Shown one piece after another: positions 37,330 through 50,485 of a stretch of 57,218 bases of DNA. The stretch lies in assembly GCF_001194135.2 (NCBI RefSeq), contig NC_068982.1, forward strand, positions 91,598,671 through 91,655,888, in the 5' to 3' direction. The stretch's first letter is position 1; each line of letters begins with the position of its first letter. The notes beneath the pieces were generated by a model that saw only the letters and a list, made by a program, of their open reading frames with translations, had not been told where the DNA came from and ran no database searches. The position numbers and the translations under genes were made by a program. This DNA is from Octopus bimaculoides. Its lineage: Eukaryota.

Positions 37330-38489
37330 ATTATTATCATCATCATCATCACCATTATCATCATGATGATTATTTTAATATATACATACACACATACATC
37401 CCCTCACACACATATATACATACATTCATTCTACATACCCACATACAGATATTGGTAAAGAAAGAAAGAGTAGACATATATATCGTTTCATGCGAAAAAG
37501 GTGCAGAATTTATTGTAGATTTCGAAGAGTAGTTTTAAATTTCAATCTCTTCGATACACCTTTCTGTTTGTATCCCGTTGCTAGAGTTTAGATAATCGGA
37601 AGGAATCAAAACATTGATGATATTAAGCTTCTGCAACTATGAAGTGTTTCAATGCTCAAACTGGATATACAAATTATAATTACGAGATATAGGTGTTTCA
37701 ATAGCTTCCTTTTATACGATCTCTACGACAAAGACAATGAGATAATGTTAATATTGTCACTGTTAAATTAAGCGAGAAAATATCGAAGTTTACAGTTGCA
37801 TATAGTGGCCAAGAGGAATTTCTTGAATATTCCTGACATACAGAAACTACATTATCTCTCATGAACTTCATATAGTTTTAGTCAATGGATGTCACTAACG
37901 TAAATCATGCCTTAAAACCATTCGGAATCAGTCTCAATTCATATTCAATTTTACGCAAACGTAGCTGTATTGTACGAACAAAATGTCTCTTTGCCGAAAT
38001 AATACGGCTTCCTCTTAACCTAACAGCGTTGAAACATGAAGAAATACGGCGGATAATTTCTATCAGTTATTCCTTTGAAAATATGAAAGAATTGGAATGT
38101 TATTTTTGTTTCTGTATATCATGTCTTTGTCGCATTTCTTGTTTTTGTTGATTTTTTTCTTCTACGATACTTAACTCTACAGCTTTGGGTGAAGAATAAT
38201 CAGTTGTTGGCATTATGTTACAAAAAGTAGAGAGGTGGATGTATAAATGTATGTGCATGTATGTATACATGTGTGTGTATATGCGTGTGTGTGCTTGTGT
38301 GTATATGTGTGGGTGCGAATGTATGTGCAAGCGCATGCGTTAGTATATGTGCATGCATATATCGCAAATATCACAAGAATGCGTTTTCCATTATTCTCCG
38401 ATAGATTTTGAATATATTATAATGAATAACATTGAATGAACAATAAAACAATAATGTGAGATAAAGGAATAAGTGATATGTACAAGCAA

Positions 38490-38520
<31 letters not shown>

Positions 38521-39172
38521 NNNNNNNNNNNNNNNNNNNNNNNNNNNNNNNNNNNNNNNNNNNNNNNNNNNNNNNNNNNNNNNNNNNNNNNNNNNNNNNN
38601 NNNNNNNNNNNNNNNNNNNNNNNNNNNNNNNNNNNNNNNNNNNNNNNNNNNNNNNNNNNNNNNNNNNNNNNNNNNNNNNNNNNNNNNNNNNNNNNNNNNN
38701 NNNNNNNNNNNNNNNNNNNNNNNNNNNNNNNNNNNNNNNNNNNNNNNNNNNNNNNNNNNNNNNNNNNNNNNNNNNNNNNNNNNNNNNNNNNNNNNNNNNN
38801 NNNNNNNNNNNNNNNNNNNNNNNNNNNNNNNNNNNNNNNNNNNNNNNNNNNNNNNNNNNNNNNNNNNNNNNNNNNNNNNNNNNNNNNNNNNNNNNNNNNN
38901 NNNNNNNNNNNNNNNNNNNNNNNNNNNNNNNNNNNNNNNNNNNNNNNNNNNNNNNNNNNNNNNNNNNNNNNNNNNNNNNNNNNNNNNNNNNNNNNNNNNN
39001 NNNNNNNNNNNNNNNNNNNNNNNNNNNNNNNNNNNNNNNNNNNNNNNNNNNNNNNNNNNNNNNNNNNNNNNNNNNNNNNNNNNNNNNNNNNNNNNNNNNN
39101 NNNNNNNNNNNNNNNNNNNNNNNNNNNNNNNNNNNNNNNNNNNNNNNNNNNNNNNNNNNNNNNNNNNNNNNN

Positions 39173-39315
39173 CAGAACTCGGAAGCACAATTTTTTGATA
39201 ATCATCCGCGTACCATTGAACATTATTGGAGCATCTAAATTCCTTAGCAGCATGATTGGCGCGCCAACTTTCAGATGCAGTTCGTGAGCTGGTAGTTCTG
39301 TGGGTCCCCCCTTTT
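39173..39315 (-). mobile_element. Helitron PIF1-like helicase fragment
   Basis: PTELPAHELHLKVGAPIMLLRNLDAPIMFNGTRMIIKKL matches P.H.L.LKVG.PIMLLRNL.....CNGTRL. Confidence 0.75.
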
Positions 39316-41247
39316 GTCAGATTTGTCATGGGCCGGCCGGTCTATCTCAGACACATAGAAAGCTGGATTAAATTTTTCATCAACACAGGGGAGCCGAAAT
39401 AAATTTTTTCAATGTCCAAGGGAAGCCAAATCGCGAAAAAGGTTGAGAAATGTTGATCTATAGCGATGATTTTTATTTAGGCACATCGTAAAAGTAATTA
39501 TAATGAATTGCTTAATATAATGAAAAGTATGTTCTTTCAAGCAAATACAGTTTTAAAAAATATTTACCGTTTCAAGTCATCACTAAAAACAAAGCTCATC
39601 AATTTTTGAATGAAATAATAATTTTATTCTTTTATTCTAAGTTGTAAATTTTGCCCGAGAAATAAAGCAAATAATCATCAAATGCATTGTTAAAAAACTG
39701 CAACTCGATAGCAAATGTAAGTAATGCGTAGCTGAAAGAACTCAGATCCTTTTCAGCTCTATGAACTCTACCACACTGCTGAATTCTAGATCCGAAATTT
39801 TCGGTGGTTGTAAACATATGGCTAAGTTCCTGTCGACGAATTGGAAAGTACCACCCTCTCCGGATTGAGCAGCTGTACCACAGACTCTAGGCCACTCTCT
39901 TTCCAGCCTAATATTTTGCGGCCAAAGGAGAAAAAAACTCTAATCCCCCACCCTTTTGCTTCTTTCTGTCTGCTTTTTCGTTTCAACCTTCCACCTTTTA
40001 TATAGATCAATTTAAACATTAAAAAGAAGATTACTGTTATGTAGAATCAACTCAATACCTCATCTTTACTTAATTAATTATTAGGTAGTCACTATAAAAA
40101 CCTCTCAAACCACTTAGATATGGAATTTATCTATTGACTGAATGTAAGCAGAAGCAAGATAATAAGATAAACGATAATATATAGACATAATTAAATATAT
40201 AGTCACAAGAAAAAGTGTGTACTGATGTAAGTGTAATAGTACAAAAATAATGCATACAGATACATATACAAAAAGGGATTTATATATACGCTTATATAAA
40301 GAATATAGCATAGTTATTTGGTGTAAATATAAGTAACTGAAAAATATCAATTTAAGAACCATATTGAGCCACATCTTAATCTGCATGTGTGCGGAGAGGA
40401 GATGGAACATGCTCAACGATTCATAGAATGCTATACCAGTAAATGTGAAGGTAAATAGGAATTCAAAATACCATACAAAATTTAAGAATATAAAAATAAA
40501 ACATAATGGATAAGAGATTAACAAGGTAAACATACCAAAATAAGAAATCAAAATGATAAGAATTTATAGAAAATAATAAGAAATATATATAAAGACAGAG
40601 GATTAAAATTAAAAGCAAGAAAAGATAAAAGTAACCTAAAAAGGGTAATAGTTATGGAAATAATGAGTACAGTTTAAGTTATTCATACCGAAGGGGTTTA
40701 ATAAGTTATAAATATTACTGGTACTATTGTATGTATGATGGTATAATTCTTAGGGGGTATAATATTTAGTCAAGAGAGACTTACTATCTCAAAATCATTA
40801 TAGATATACTTAATATGACCGATAGGGTAGAAATTCATAGAAGGAAAAAATAGTGTAATCACCAAATAGGATGAAATCAGACTAACTAGGCAGGGGTACC
40901 GTAGGGTAATATTACATACATCACATACATCACATAACATAATACATAGCATATATGTAATGTAACACATTATACTATATAATATCCAATATTAGAGGGT
41001 AAGTTATAAAGGATACGACGCCCGAAGTTAATTTCTACCACCAAATCCAAGTATGATAAATATAATATTATTAGTTTCGAAAAACGTGCGGGTGATGTTA
41101 TGCACACATGATACCTTTAGGTCTAATCTATTATGAATAAGGTTGTTCTTGTCTCTGTACTTCAGAATCTCATAAATTTCCATAGAACAAAGCTCACACC
41201 TATATCTACTACTACTACTACTACTACTATAATTATTATCAGCATTA

Positions 41248-41614
41248 TTATTACCTCCGCTTTATCGAAGGCGGAGGTATAGTTTTTAGTCGTGTTTGTT
41301 TGTCCTTTGACAAGATAACTCAAGAACCGCTGGATGGATTCGGATGAAACTTTCAGGGATGTTTGGCCTGGTGACTAGCACGGACTGATTAGATTTTGGG
41401 ATCGATCCGGTACCGGACAAAGATGATTCTAGATTATTTTTCTGGTTTTTTACTTAGTTTTTGAGAGCGGTGGGGTTCATTTTTAGTATTCTCATTTGTG
41501 AGAGTAGTCAAGTTTATTTCAAATATTCTCACTTTAAAAATCATCTACGGCTAACCGTTGAGAGGACGTTGGTGTTGCCTTGGCGGAGGTTTGCGCTCTC
41601 TGAGTGTTCTTGTT
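41248..41614 (+). mobile_element. Helentron-associated interspersed element (HINE/DINE-1-like)
   Basis: 5' subTIR ttattacctccgc with an immediate partner gcggaggta; core ggatggattcggatgaaacttt; 3' gcggaggt followed by stem-loop gcgctctctgagtgt and a T-rich end; TT context. Confidence 0.72.
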
Positions 41615-43049
41615 ATTGTTATTATTATTACTGCCTTCAACTATACTATCATTTAAATTCATTGCAGTACCACCAGGCACTGCGTCAGTAATATCTACGC
41701 AAGTATAAACATCGGAGTCACAACAGAAGAGATATCTCAAGGATTCAATCACTACTACCATCCACAGCAATTCACTTTATAATAAGCAGACAGCATCGTA
41801 ACAAAAAGTATGTAAAAAGAAAGAATAAAAAAGTAATAAAACGAAAATAAAGACAACAGAATGAGAGAATGTCAGAAACTTCTCGTTAAAATTTATTCAC
41901 TATTGAATCTGTCTTTTTAAATTTATACAGGTAGTTTGCTTTATGCCAACAGGTATAGAGAATGTCATAACTTCAATTCATGTTGTTCTTGTTCTATGAT
42001 AATATTGAAACACTTTTCTTTAGCTGACATGAACACTCGGTTTATTTCCGTTGTTACAATGTTTGTAAGTATAACACAAGAACAAAGCTATATTAAAGGG
42101 TCTCTCACAGGTTTCCCCTAGCCGTCAAAAATATCTACAAAGATCAGCGGAAGATTTCTTGTTAGAGTTGACAGAGGAATATATATGCAGGTAATATCCT
42201 CTCATACATTTACTTGTAGTCACACCAATATAGGAATTTCGTTGAAAACTATCATGCAATTCTACCTTGGCACAGATTACCGTACTAACTAGCAGGCAGT
42301 TTCCACTAAACAAACAGTTACAAGAGTTCATACAGTTACATGTCCGTTCGGTGTTGGTACTACTATTATAAGACAGATGTTTTACTTCAATGAAATTGAG
42401 ACGGAGCTGACAAAATTTTATAAAGTAAATAAGACATTTTTAACAGAATTTAATGATTTTATAACATTTATTTTCTCAGATAATACGTTTACTTTGATTT
42501 ATTTTCAGGTTATTCGATGAATATTATATCTAGAGAAATGCAGATATGTCAAATATCATGCAACATCAATTCTTGATTTACTAAAATTGTTTCTCCCTTA
42601 AGGGAATGTGCTACAATGGCAACTAAGAAAATTCCATATGAGAAAAGATGATAAGTATATGACCACATAAATATCAGCTTATGCTGTTCATATTACATGC
42701 CACTGGTCACTGTGTTGTTTTTCTTAGCTCATTTAAAGAAAAATTATCTAAACACAATGTTTAGGTAGGTTTGTTCAGTATTAGATTTGTTTGTGGGGAA
42801 ATACATGGCATGACAGAAGGCCTTAAGAACTTCTTTATTATCTCCCCTTGAGAATTTTTCATTCTTTTTCTTTTGGTTATTTGGTGACGAGCGTGGATGG
42901 CCATCTGTTAGAATATTCTAGTTGTGGTGTACTTCCAGCCCCTGTGTTTCGGGAAGATTTGAGTCAGAAGCTGATTTTTCGACCCAGTCTGGTTTCTCAC
43001 TGGGGTGCGCGGTCCTTGTTGACACGGGTTAGGTTGAGAGTTGTTGTTG

Positions 43050-43092
<43 letters not shown>

Positions 43093-43099
43093 CATCATC

Positions 43100-43715
43100 A
43101 TTTGATCAAAACTCTTAGCATATTTTGTTGGGTATGATGGAAAGTGTCAGCTACCCATAGTCAGCAGACTAAGGTGACACTTGTTTATTGGTCATACTTC
43201 AAGAAACCTGCGGAAAGCTATTGCAGTTCCAAGAACTGCTGATTTTTGTAGCTGTTCTATTCTTACATTTGCATCAATCTTTTTGAGTCTTGTTAATAAT
43301 TGAATGCTGATACTTCCGAGCGCGCCAATTACTACTGGTATCTCGTCCACTCTCTTCATTGACCACAACCTGCGTATTTCCCACTTCAAATTGCCATAGA
43401 TATTCAGTTGTTTTTCCTGTAGTCACCGAGACATGCTATATCGATTACCATGCAAGTTTCTTTTATCTCATTTTTGTTTACCACAACAATGTCAGATTTC
43501 CGAGATCTCATCTGATGGTCACATTGAATCATTGCATCCCATAGAATTTTGTAGTCTTCATTCTCGGTACCTCCTTCTGGGACTTGCTCATAACACGCCT
43601 TTGCGCTTTGTAGGTCGTGATTTTCACAGAGCTCCCAATGGGTCATTCTTGTCACATTGTCATGTTGTCTTTGTAATCGCGTTGTGTCAGTTTCGGGCAT
43701 TCGCTAACAATGTGC
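43100..43715 (-). mobile_element. R4/Dong-like LINE 3' portion, same subfamily as 32400-33075
   Basis: QHDNVTRMTHWELC...ILWDAMIQCDH...SDIVVVNK...IDIAC; KWEIRRLWSMKRVDEIPVVIGALG...QKSAVLGTA; homologous 3' UTR; (TTA)n at 43050-43100. Confidence 0.85.
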
Positions 43716-43744
43716 GATACCGAAACATTATGGCATATTGTTAG

Positions 43745-44700
43745 CGAATGCCATACCGTTTCAATATGGCTCTAGAGCCACTACTGCGGACATTGGAGGC
43801 GTTAAGAAGTATCCCACGAGAACTAGGAAGTAGGAGAACCGTGTTGGCATACGCGAACGACATCGCCGTCATAGTGCCGAACACCAGGCAAATAGACCTG
43901 GTCGGCATCGCTCTAGAAGAATACGAGGCAATGACAGAAGCAAAAATTAACGAAGAGAGGTTTGTGGGCCTGCAACTCGGCACTTGGAAAGGCAGGTCCA
44001 TACCTTTCACAACGTCGTGGGAGGCTGGACTGAAGGACTGGTTAAATTACTCGGGGTCTGGTTCGGTCCAGACCTCCAGGCGGAGAACTGGGGCGAGGTG
44101 GCGAGCAAGGTGGTCAATCTCACCCAGAAATGGGCTGAGAGAAAGGTCGGGCAGAGGTGGCGAATGCGTACATCGCATCCGTCATCTACTACCGCTTCAG
44201 AGTCGTGCCCTACCCCGGTTCGAGTCTAACCAAACTGGAGCGCCTACTCTTCTGCTTTCTGTTTAAAGGAACGCGTTCCACTGGTCAGGCTCCCTGTTTA
44301 CTGTCAACATCTGCTAAATGGAGGGATGGGTATGCCGTGGCTATCGATGCGCAGACATGTGCTGAGGCTGCGATATCTCCAACATTTCCTAAGTGGTAAG
44401 CAGGTGAGATCACCGTTTGTCAGGCCCTATTCCCCACAACTCGTCTTTTTGACTAGGTTGCAGTGCTGGATCAAACGTAGACAGAGGCAGGGCGCCTAGC
44501 ACCTAGAGTACCGTCAGGCGCTCACATTCCTCAGTCGGTGGAAGCTCCGCTCAGGTGTTCTATAGAGGGTTAAAGGCGGGTAAGAGCTACGACGTTTTCG
44601 GGAAGATTGAGTGTTGACGAGAAAGGGTTGGCCTGGCAGTGCTACCGCGGGGCACTGCCTGTTCGAGATAAACTCCAAGGCACGGAAGTGCAGTCAGCCG
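43745..44700 (+). mobile_element. Tx1/L1-clade LINE, degenerate RT
   Basis: ALEPLLRTL...LAYANDIAVIV (YADD), KLLGVWFGPDL...NW..V.SKV, ANAYIASVIYYR, and GALPVRDKL (zf-RVT-like), spread over frameshifts. Confidence 0.8.
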
Positions 44701-44706
44701 GACCTG

Positions 44707-44895
44707 CCTTGCAAATGCTATACGGACACAAACTGTGTGTCGATAGCCAGCTGGAAAAGATGTTTTCCTGAGGCTAAAACAACAGTAGCATCGTCCTTTA
44801 TAGGACTGCCACATTCTGTTGGCATATAAACTTTACTATTCGGTGCTGTTACTGTATATCCCTCGCTCAGAGATTTAAAACAAACTGTTTCTCTC
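44707..44895. repeat. Repeat family E (core, right IR and tail)
   Basis: ccttgcaaatgctatacggacacaaactgtg...ctaaaacaacagtagcatcgtcctttataggactgccacattctgttggc...ctcgctcagagatttaaaacaa. Confidence 0.8.
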
Positions 44896-45952
44896 CCACC
44901 CCCCATATATATATATATATAATGTTAACAGAATGGACTGAAAATACATCTAGGTAAATATAACCCAGACCATACACATGGAACGTTCGAAAGAAATTCT
45001 ATTCATTTTTCGTACACTCGTTGACAAAATTTCAACAGTTTTCTCAATTCCAGTAATGTAAACTGTGTCATACATGCATATATGAATATAGCATTAACTA
45101 TAAAGACACAGACGGATGCATATATAAGTACAATATTAACTACAGAGATACAGACAGATAGACACACACACGAGCGTGGAACAAACGAAAAAGTTAGCAT
45201 TCAGCACTTTTAGTTGGAGTTATAATGTATTTTGTATCAGTTCCAGATTATTTAAAGTTTCGTGAGCATAGAACACGTCCACATCATCAGATGCTTTCGA
45301 ATACTTGATGACGCAAATGTGTTCAATACCCATGCAGTAAAAAAGCGAGCATCTTTTTATGCGAATAATTTAGGTTTCGTGATTTTTATATCTATTTTTA
45401 TTTAGATACTTAGTTTGGTTTTATGTTACTTTTTCAAAAATGTTTTTCAACAGATATTATTGTCCATGTCTCATATGATTATCCTGACAATATGAGAATG
45501 GGACGAAAACGTAAAAAAAAATGAGGAGGAGTAGGAGTAAGGTATGAAACAGAATGTCCTAGATGCAAAAGGAAGATAATGTACAGAAATTATTATGAAC
45601 ACTAATAATGTTAACGGCGGTAAGGATAAGTCTATCATTGCTTTGATGATGATAGACTTTGACATTTAAATCCGGACGTACGAAAATCATTTCATTACTG
45701 ATGAAGATATTGAGGAGGAGAAGGAGGAGATAGGTGGTAATGGTGGTAGTCATGGTGGTTGTGGTGGTTATGGTGGCGGTGGTTCAACTGGTGCTGGTAC
45801 TTTTGAACGTGGTTATGATGATGGTGTTGGTAAACGTGATGCTGTTGCTGTAGGTGTAACAGGGTGGGAGGTGAATTTTTTAAGCAAATGAAAGCAAGTT
45901 AACGCTATGTATATGTATGTACGTATACATACATACATACATACATACATAC

Positions 45953-46297
45953 ATCTTGTTGTTGTTGGCACTCCGTCGCTTACGACATCGAGGGTTCCAG
46001 TTGATCCGATCAACGGAACAGCCTGCTCGTGAAATTAACGTGCAAGTGGCTGAGCACTCCACAGACACGTGTACCCTTAACGTACTTCTCGGGGATATTC
46101 AGCGTGACACATAGTGACAAGGCTGACCCTTTGAATTACAGGAACAACAGAAACAAGAAGTAAGAGTGAGAGAAAGTTGTGGTGGAAGAGTACAGCAGGG
46201 TTCGCCACCATCCCCTGCCGGAGCCTCGTGGAGCTTTAGATGTTTTCGATCAATAAACACTCACAACGCCCGGTCTGGGAATCGAAACCGCGATCCT
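45953..46297 (-). mobile_element. tRNA-derived SINE family C (3' half type 2, CAA tail)
   Basis: 46150-46297 matches 10300-10445 (B box ggtttcgattcc on minus); 45953-46150 is unrelated to the other copy; ends in (CAA)n on minus. Confidence 0.78.
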
Positions 46298-46821
46298 ACT
46301 CATACATACATACATATATNNNNNNNNNNNNNNNNNNNNNNNNNNNNNNNNNNNNNNNNNNNNNNNNNNNNNNNNNNNNNNNNNNNNNNNNNNNNNNNNN
46401 NNNNNNNNNNNNNNNNNNNNNNNNNNNNNNNNNNNNNNNNNNNNNNNNNNNNNNNNNNNNNNNNNNNNNNNNNNNNNNNNNNNNNNNNNNNNNNNNNNNN
46501 NNNNNNTATATATATATATATATATATATATGGGTCTATAGATAGAAAGAAAGATAGATAGATTCATATATACATACAATATATATACATATATACATAT
46601 ATATATACGTATGTACATATATATATGCATATGCATATGTGTATACATACATATACATACATATGCATATATATGTGTGTGTGCGTGCGCGCGTGTATGT
46701 ATGTATAATATACCTTGCATGTGCAAATAATCGAACGACTGTTACTCTTGTGTTTAGAGCTCCGCGTAGATTATCATCGTCACTTTTTAGTATTATTAGT
46801 TATAATATGCAGAGTAAATGC

Positions 46822-47049
46822 ATGAGAAATTACGATAAACATAGGTTTATACCATTTGTTCCTACGTATGTTTCACCATTATGGTCGTTTGGAAGTCTGT
46901 AACGGATGTTCTTACTGCAATTGGATGCTTAACCACAAAACAGCATTACGGAAACAGTTTATTGCATTATGTTGTAGAGAGCAAAAGTCTCTGATCACAA
47001 AATGGTGAAACGTACGTAGGAACAAATGCTTTAAACTTGTACCGGAATT

Positions 47050-47055
<6 letters not shown>
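46822..47055. mobile_element. MITE-like element with ~65-bp imperfect TIRs
   Basis: atgagaaatt...catttgttcctacgtatgtttcaccatt vs aatggtgaaacgtacgtaggaacaaatg...aatttctcat. Confidence 0.65.
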
Positions 47056-47105
<50 letters not shown>

Positions 47106-47257
47106 ATGAATAAATAATCGGACAGGAGGACAACAAAGGAACACGTGGAAAAATCGCACACAAGAATTTGACATGCTCATCTCTCATCAGTTATCAATCA
47201 AAACTCATCACAATTTCGCGCTACTATCGATAAGATTGTTCATCTTGGCGGTGCATA

Positions 47258-47397
47258 ACTAGTACTTATTTAATCGACCCCGAAAGGATGAAAGGCAAAG
47301 TCGGCCTCGGCGGAATTTGAACTCAGAACGTAATGGTGGGCGAAATATTGCTCAGCATTTCGTCCGGCGTGCTAACGATTCTACCATTTCGCCACCC
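47258..47397 (-). mobile_element. SINE family B, partial
   Basis: tcgaccccgaaaggatgaaaggcaaagtcggcctcggcggaatttgaactcagaacg...ttcgccacc. Confidence 0.82.
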
Positions 47398-47476
47398 TTT
47401 TGGGCGTAGATATTGGTTTCAAGATACTATTTCAAAGTAGTAATACCGCGTTATGTAGAAGAAGCATCTCTGTGTA

Positions 47477-47676
47477 CGAGGTGGTACTGAAAAGTTCCTG
47501 GCTTCTAAGGTATCGTGAAAAGTTTGGTTGGAGGCCAACATTCTGAGTTCTTTTAAAAGGCTTAGAAAAACTGATGGACCGCTAGATTAAGTGTGTGAAT
47601 CTGAGAGGAGAATATGTTAACTGATCCCACTGTTATTTCTTTTACCTTGAGTCAGGAATCTTTCAGTACCTCCTCG
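47477..47676 (+). mobile_element. Mariner-derived MITE (200 bp) with TA duplication
   Basis: TA|cgaggtggtactgaaaagttcctggct ... agtcaggaatctttcagtacctcctcg|TA; the interior encodes GLEKLMDR*IKCVNLRGEYV (mariner C-terminus). Confidence 0.82.
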
Positions 47677-48653
47677 TAGACATTACGCCTCGACTTTTCG
47701 TCAGCGGTTTGGATTGATCTTTTCGAATTCACAGCAGGAGTATTTTTTTTAACATGGGAAAGTCGAAACGTTAGAGCATGAAACTATTTACACATCCTCA
47801 CGCTACAGCATAAACATCACCAGTTCAGTTTAACGCATAGTTCTCTACCTCCACAACCCTTTGAGTGAAAACAATTACTTTCACCATTACATAAACAAAA
47901 ATTGACCTGCAGATGAAAAATATTTTAGTCAAAATTAATTAAAGTAGATAAAACCATAAATGATACCGTGCAAATNNNNNNNNNNNNNNNNNNNNNNNNN
48001 NNNNNNNNNNNNNNNNNNNNNNNNNNNNNNNNNNNNNNNNNNNNNNNNNNNNNNNNNNNNNNNNNNNNNNNNNNNNNNNNNNNNNNNNNNNNNNNNNNNN
48101 NNNNNNNNNNNNNNNNNNNNNNNNNNNNNNNNNNNNNNNNNNNNNNNNNNNNNNNNNNNNNNNNNNNNNNNNNNNNNNNNNNNNNNNNNNNNNNNNNNNN
48201 NNNNNNNNNNNNNNNNNNNNNNNNNNNNNNNNNNNNNNNNNNNNNNNNNTTTTAGTCAAAATTAATTAAAGTAGATAAAACCATAAATGATACCGTGCAA
48301 ATATTGGGTTAAAAAACCATTGGGATAGAAAAAATTGAAAGCTGTGCCATGTTTCTCGAAGTTTCCAAATTCTTGTGACGCAATTTAGGTTTCTCCTTCT
48401 CTCTCACTATCTCCACCCCCACACATATTTATATATGTACGCATGTATCTATGCTACGAGTATCGGCCCATCTTTTAATTAGTAAATATTTAATAAAAAT
48501 CTTTATTCATTATCACAATGAAGCAGAAGATTGTTTCATGAAATATATGATGATAGAAATTACCACCACATTATCATAATACCATCAATTTTAAACGAAA
48601 GTATTAAATGATGGTATCTGCGAGCCAATTACGGAGCCTCTGCATGTTTGTTA

Positions 48654-48908
48654 TTGGGTCGGTGCATAATTATTGCGTTTTTTTTCCAACAAATTTTATT
48701 CAACAAAAACAATAACAACATGTAACAAAAACATCTTTAAATGATTATACCGGAGAATATTCACCATCTACTTCAATTAATGCTTCCCATTTGCTTGGCA
48801 GACAGTCAGACCGCCATTTAAAGATGTTTTTGTTAAATATAGATATTGTTTTTGTTGAATAAAATTTGTTGAAAAAAAAAAAGCCGCAATAATTATGCAC
48901 CAACCCGA
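48654..48908 (-). mobile_element. Mariner-derived MITE with ~95-bp inverted arms and TA duplication
   Basis: TA|ttgggtcggtgcataattattgcg ... cgcaataattatgcaccaacccga|TA; centre encodes LPSKWEALIEVDGEY on minus. Confidence 0.82.
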
Positions 48909-48995
48909 TACATTTGCAGGAAAAAGAAGTCAAGTCGTCTCAACCTCATACACTAACAGCTTTAAAATACAAGAATACTAAACAATCCTTCCTAC

Positions 48996-49028
<33 letters not shown>

Positions 49029-49897
49029 TTATATATACANNNNNNNNNNNNNNNNNNNNNNNNNNNNNNNNNNNNNNNNNNNNNNNNNNNNNNNNNNNNN
49101 NNNNNNNNNNNNNNNNNNNNNNNNNNNNNNNNNNNNNNNNNNNNNNNNNNNNNNNNNNNNNNNNNNNNNNNNNNNNNNNNNNNNNNNNNNNNNNNNNNNN
49201 NNNNNNNNNNNNNNNNNNNNNNNNNNNNNNNNNNNNNNNNNNNNNNNNNNNNNNNNNNNNNNNNNNNNNNNNNNNNNNNNNNNNNNNNNNNNNNNNNNNN
49301 NNNNNNNNNNNNNNNNNNNNNNNNNNNNNNNNNNNNNNNNNNNNNNNNNNNNNNNNNNNNNNNNNNNNNNNNNNNNNNNNNNNNNNNNNNNNNNNNNNNN
49401 NNNNATATATATATATATATATATAGGGAGAATTCACAAAAAAAACAAAAGACGAAGACAGGTGGTGTAGAAAACAAACAGATGTATTAGTATAACGCTT
49501 GGGAAGTGAAAAAGTCTTTAATGTTTCGAGCCTACGCTCTTCCACAGAAAGGAACACGGAAAGAAACAAGGAGAGAAAAAAAGAATGCGTAGTAGCTAGC
49601 GATCTATAATGGCAATATCCATATACATATACATATGTGTGTGTATACATGTGTGTGTATACATGTGTGTGTATACATGACATATACATATATATGTATG
49701 TGTGTTTGTATGATTGCATATATATAGTCAGAAGTATACATACATACATACATACATTTTAATTATACGTCGGACAATACGACGAAGGCTAGCAGGCTGA
49801 AACTTCGAAAGCACTATGTTGTAAAAGTATTTTCAATATACACTGCACAAGAAGTTTTGAACAAACATTAATATTTACACGTACATACATACGTATG

Positions 49898-49975
<78 letters not shown>

Positions 49976-49980
<5 letters not shown>

Positions 49981-50106
49981 CGGTTTCCTTACCTGTTTTC
50001 AACTACCATATTCTATTCACGAGGCATTGTTCTCTGCAATAGAGAACACTGCACAGGGGAATAGACCCAGGAACCACGAATATGCGAAGTGAAAGTCTTA
50101 ACCACA
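49976..50106 (-). mobile_element. SINE family A head, very degenerate
   Basis: acgacggtttcc...ctaccatattctattcacgaggc...cttaaccacac after (TG)n, the same layout as other family A copies. Confidence 0.5.
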
Positions 50107-50341
50107 CTTGTGTAGCTATATTTATATATTTGTGCGTATCTGTAAAATATTATTCAATGATGCTTTGAATTTGAGTAATTTGGTTGAATTTCCTTATCGA
50201 AAGATGATTTATATGGAACGAATTCATTCCAAACTCCATTATATGTTTTACAACATCAATGATTTCACTGATGTTATCTTAGACAATCTGGTTCTTTGGA
50301 ACTCATATATACAAACATATATACACGCAGAGAGGCATGCA

Positions 50342-50375
<34 letters not shown>

Positions 50376-50417
50376 CATATTCATACCTTTACATACATAC
50401 ATATACANNNNNNNNNN

Positions 50418-50473
<56 letters not shown>

Positions 50474-50485
50474 TATATATGTATG

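Noticed and set aside
47165-47222. Second hammerhead-like motif on minus (CTGATGA-gagatgagcatgtc-AAA)
   Set aside because: Conserved G12 is missing and no convincing stem I or III; an Infernal search with hammerhead models would settle it.
47924-48302. 52-bp direct repeat flanking a gap
   Set aside because: Same gap-overlap artefact.
49523-49552. Minimal Penelope-type hammerhead candidate on minus (tggaaga-gcgtaggctc-gaaac)
   Set aside because: Core is TGGAAGA rather than CTGANGA, and I could not form stem I or III.
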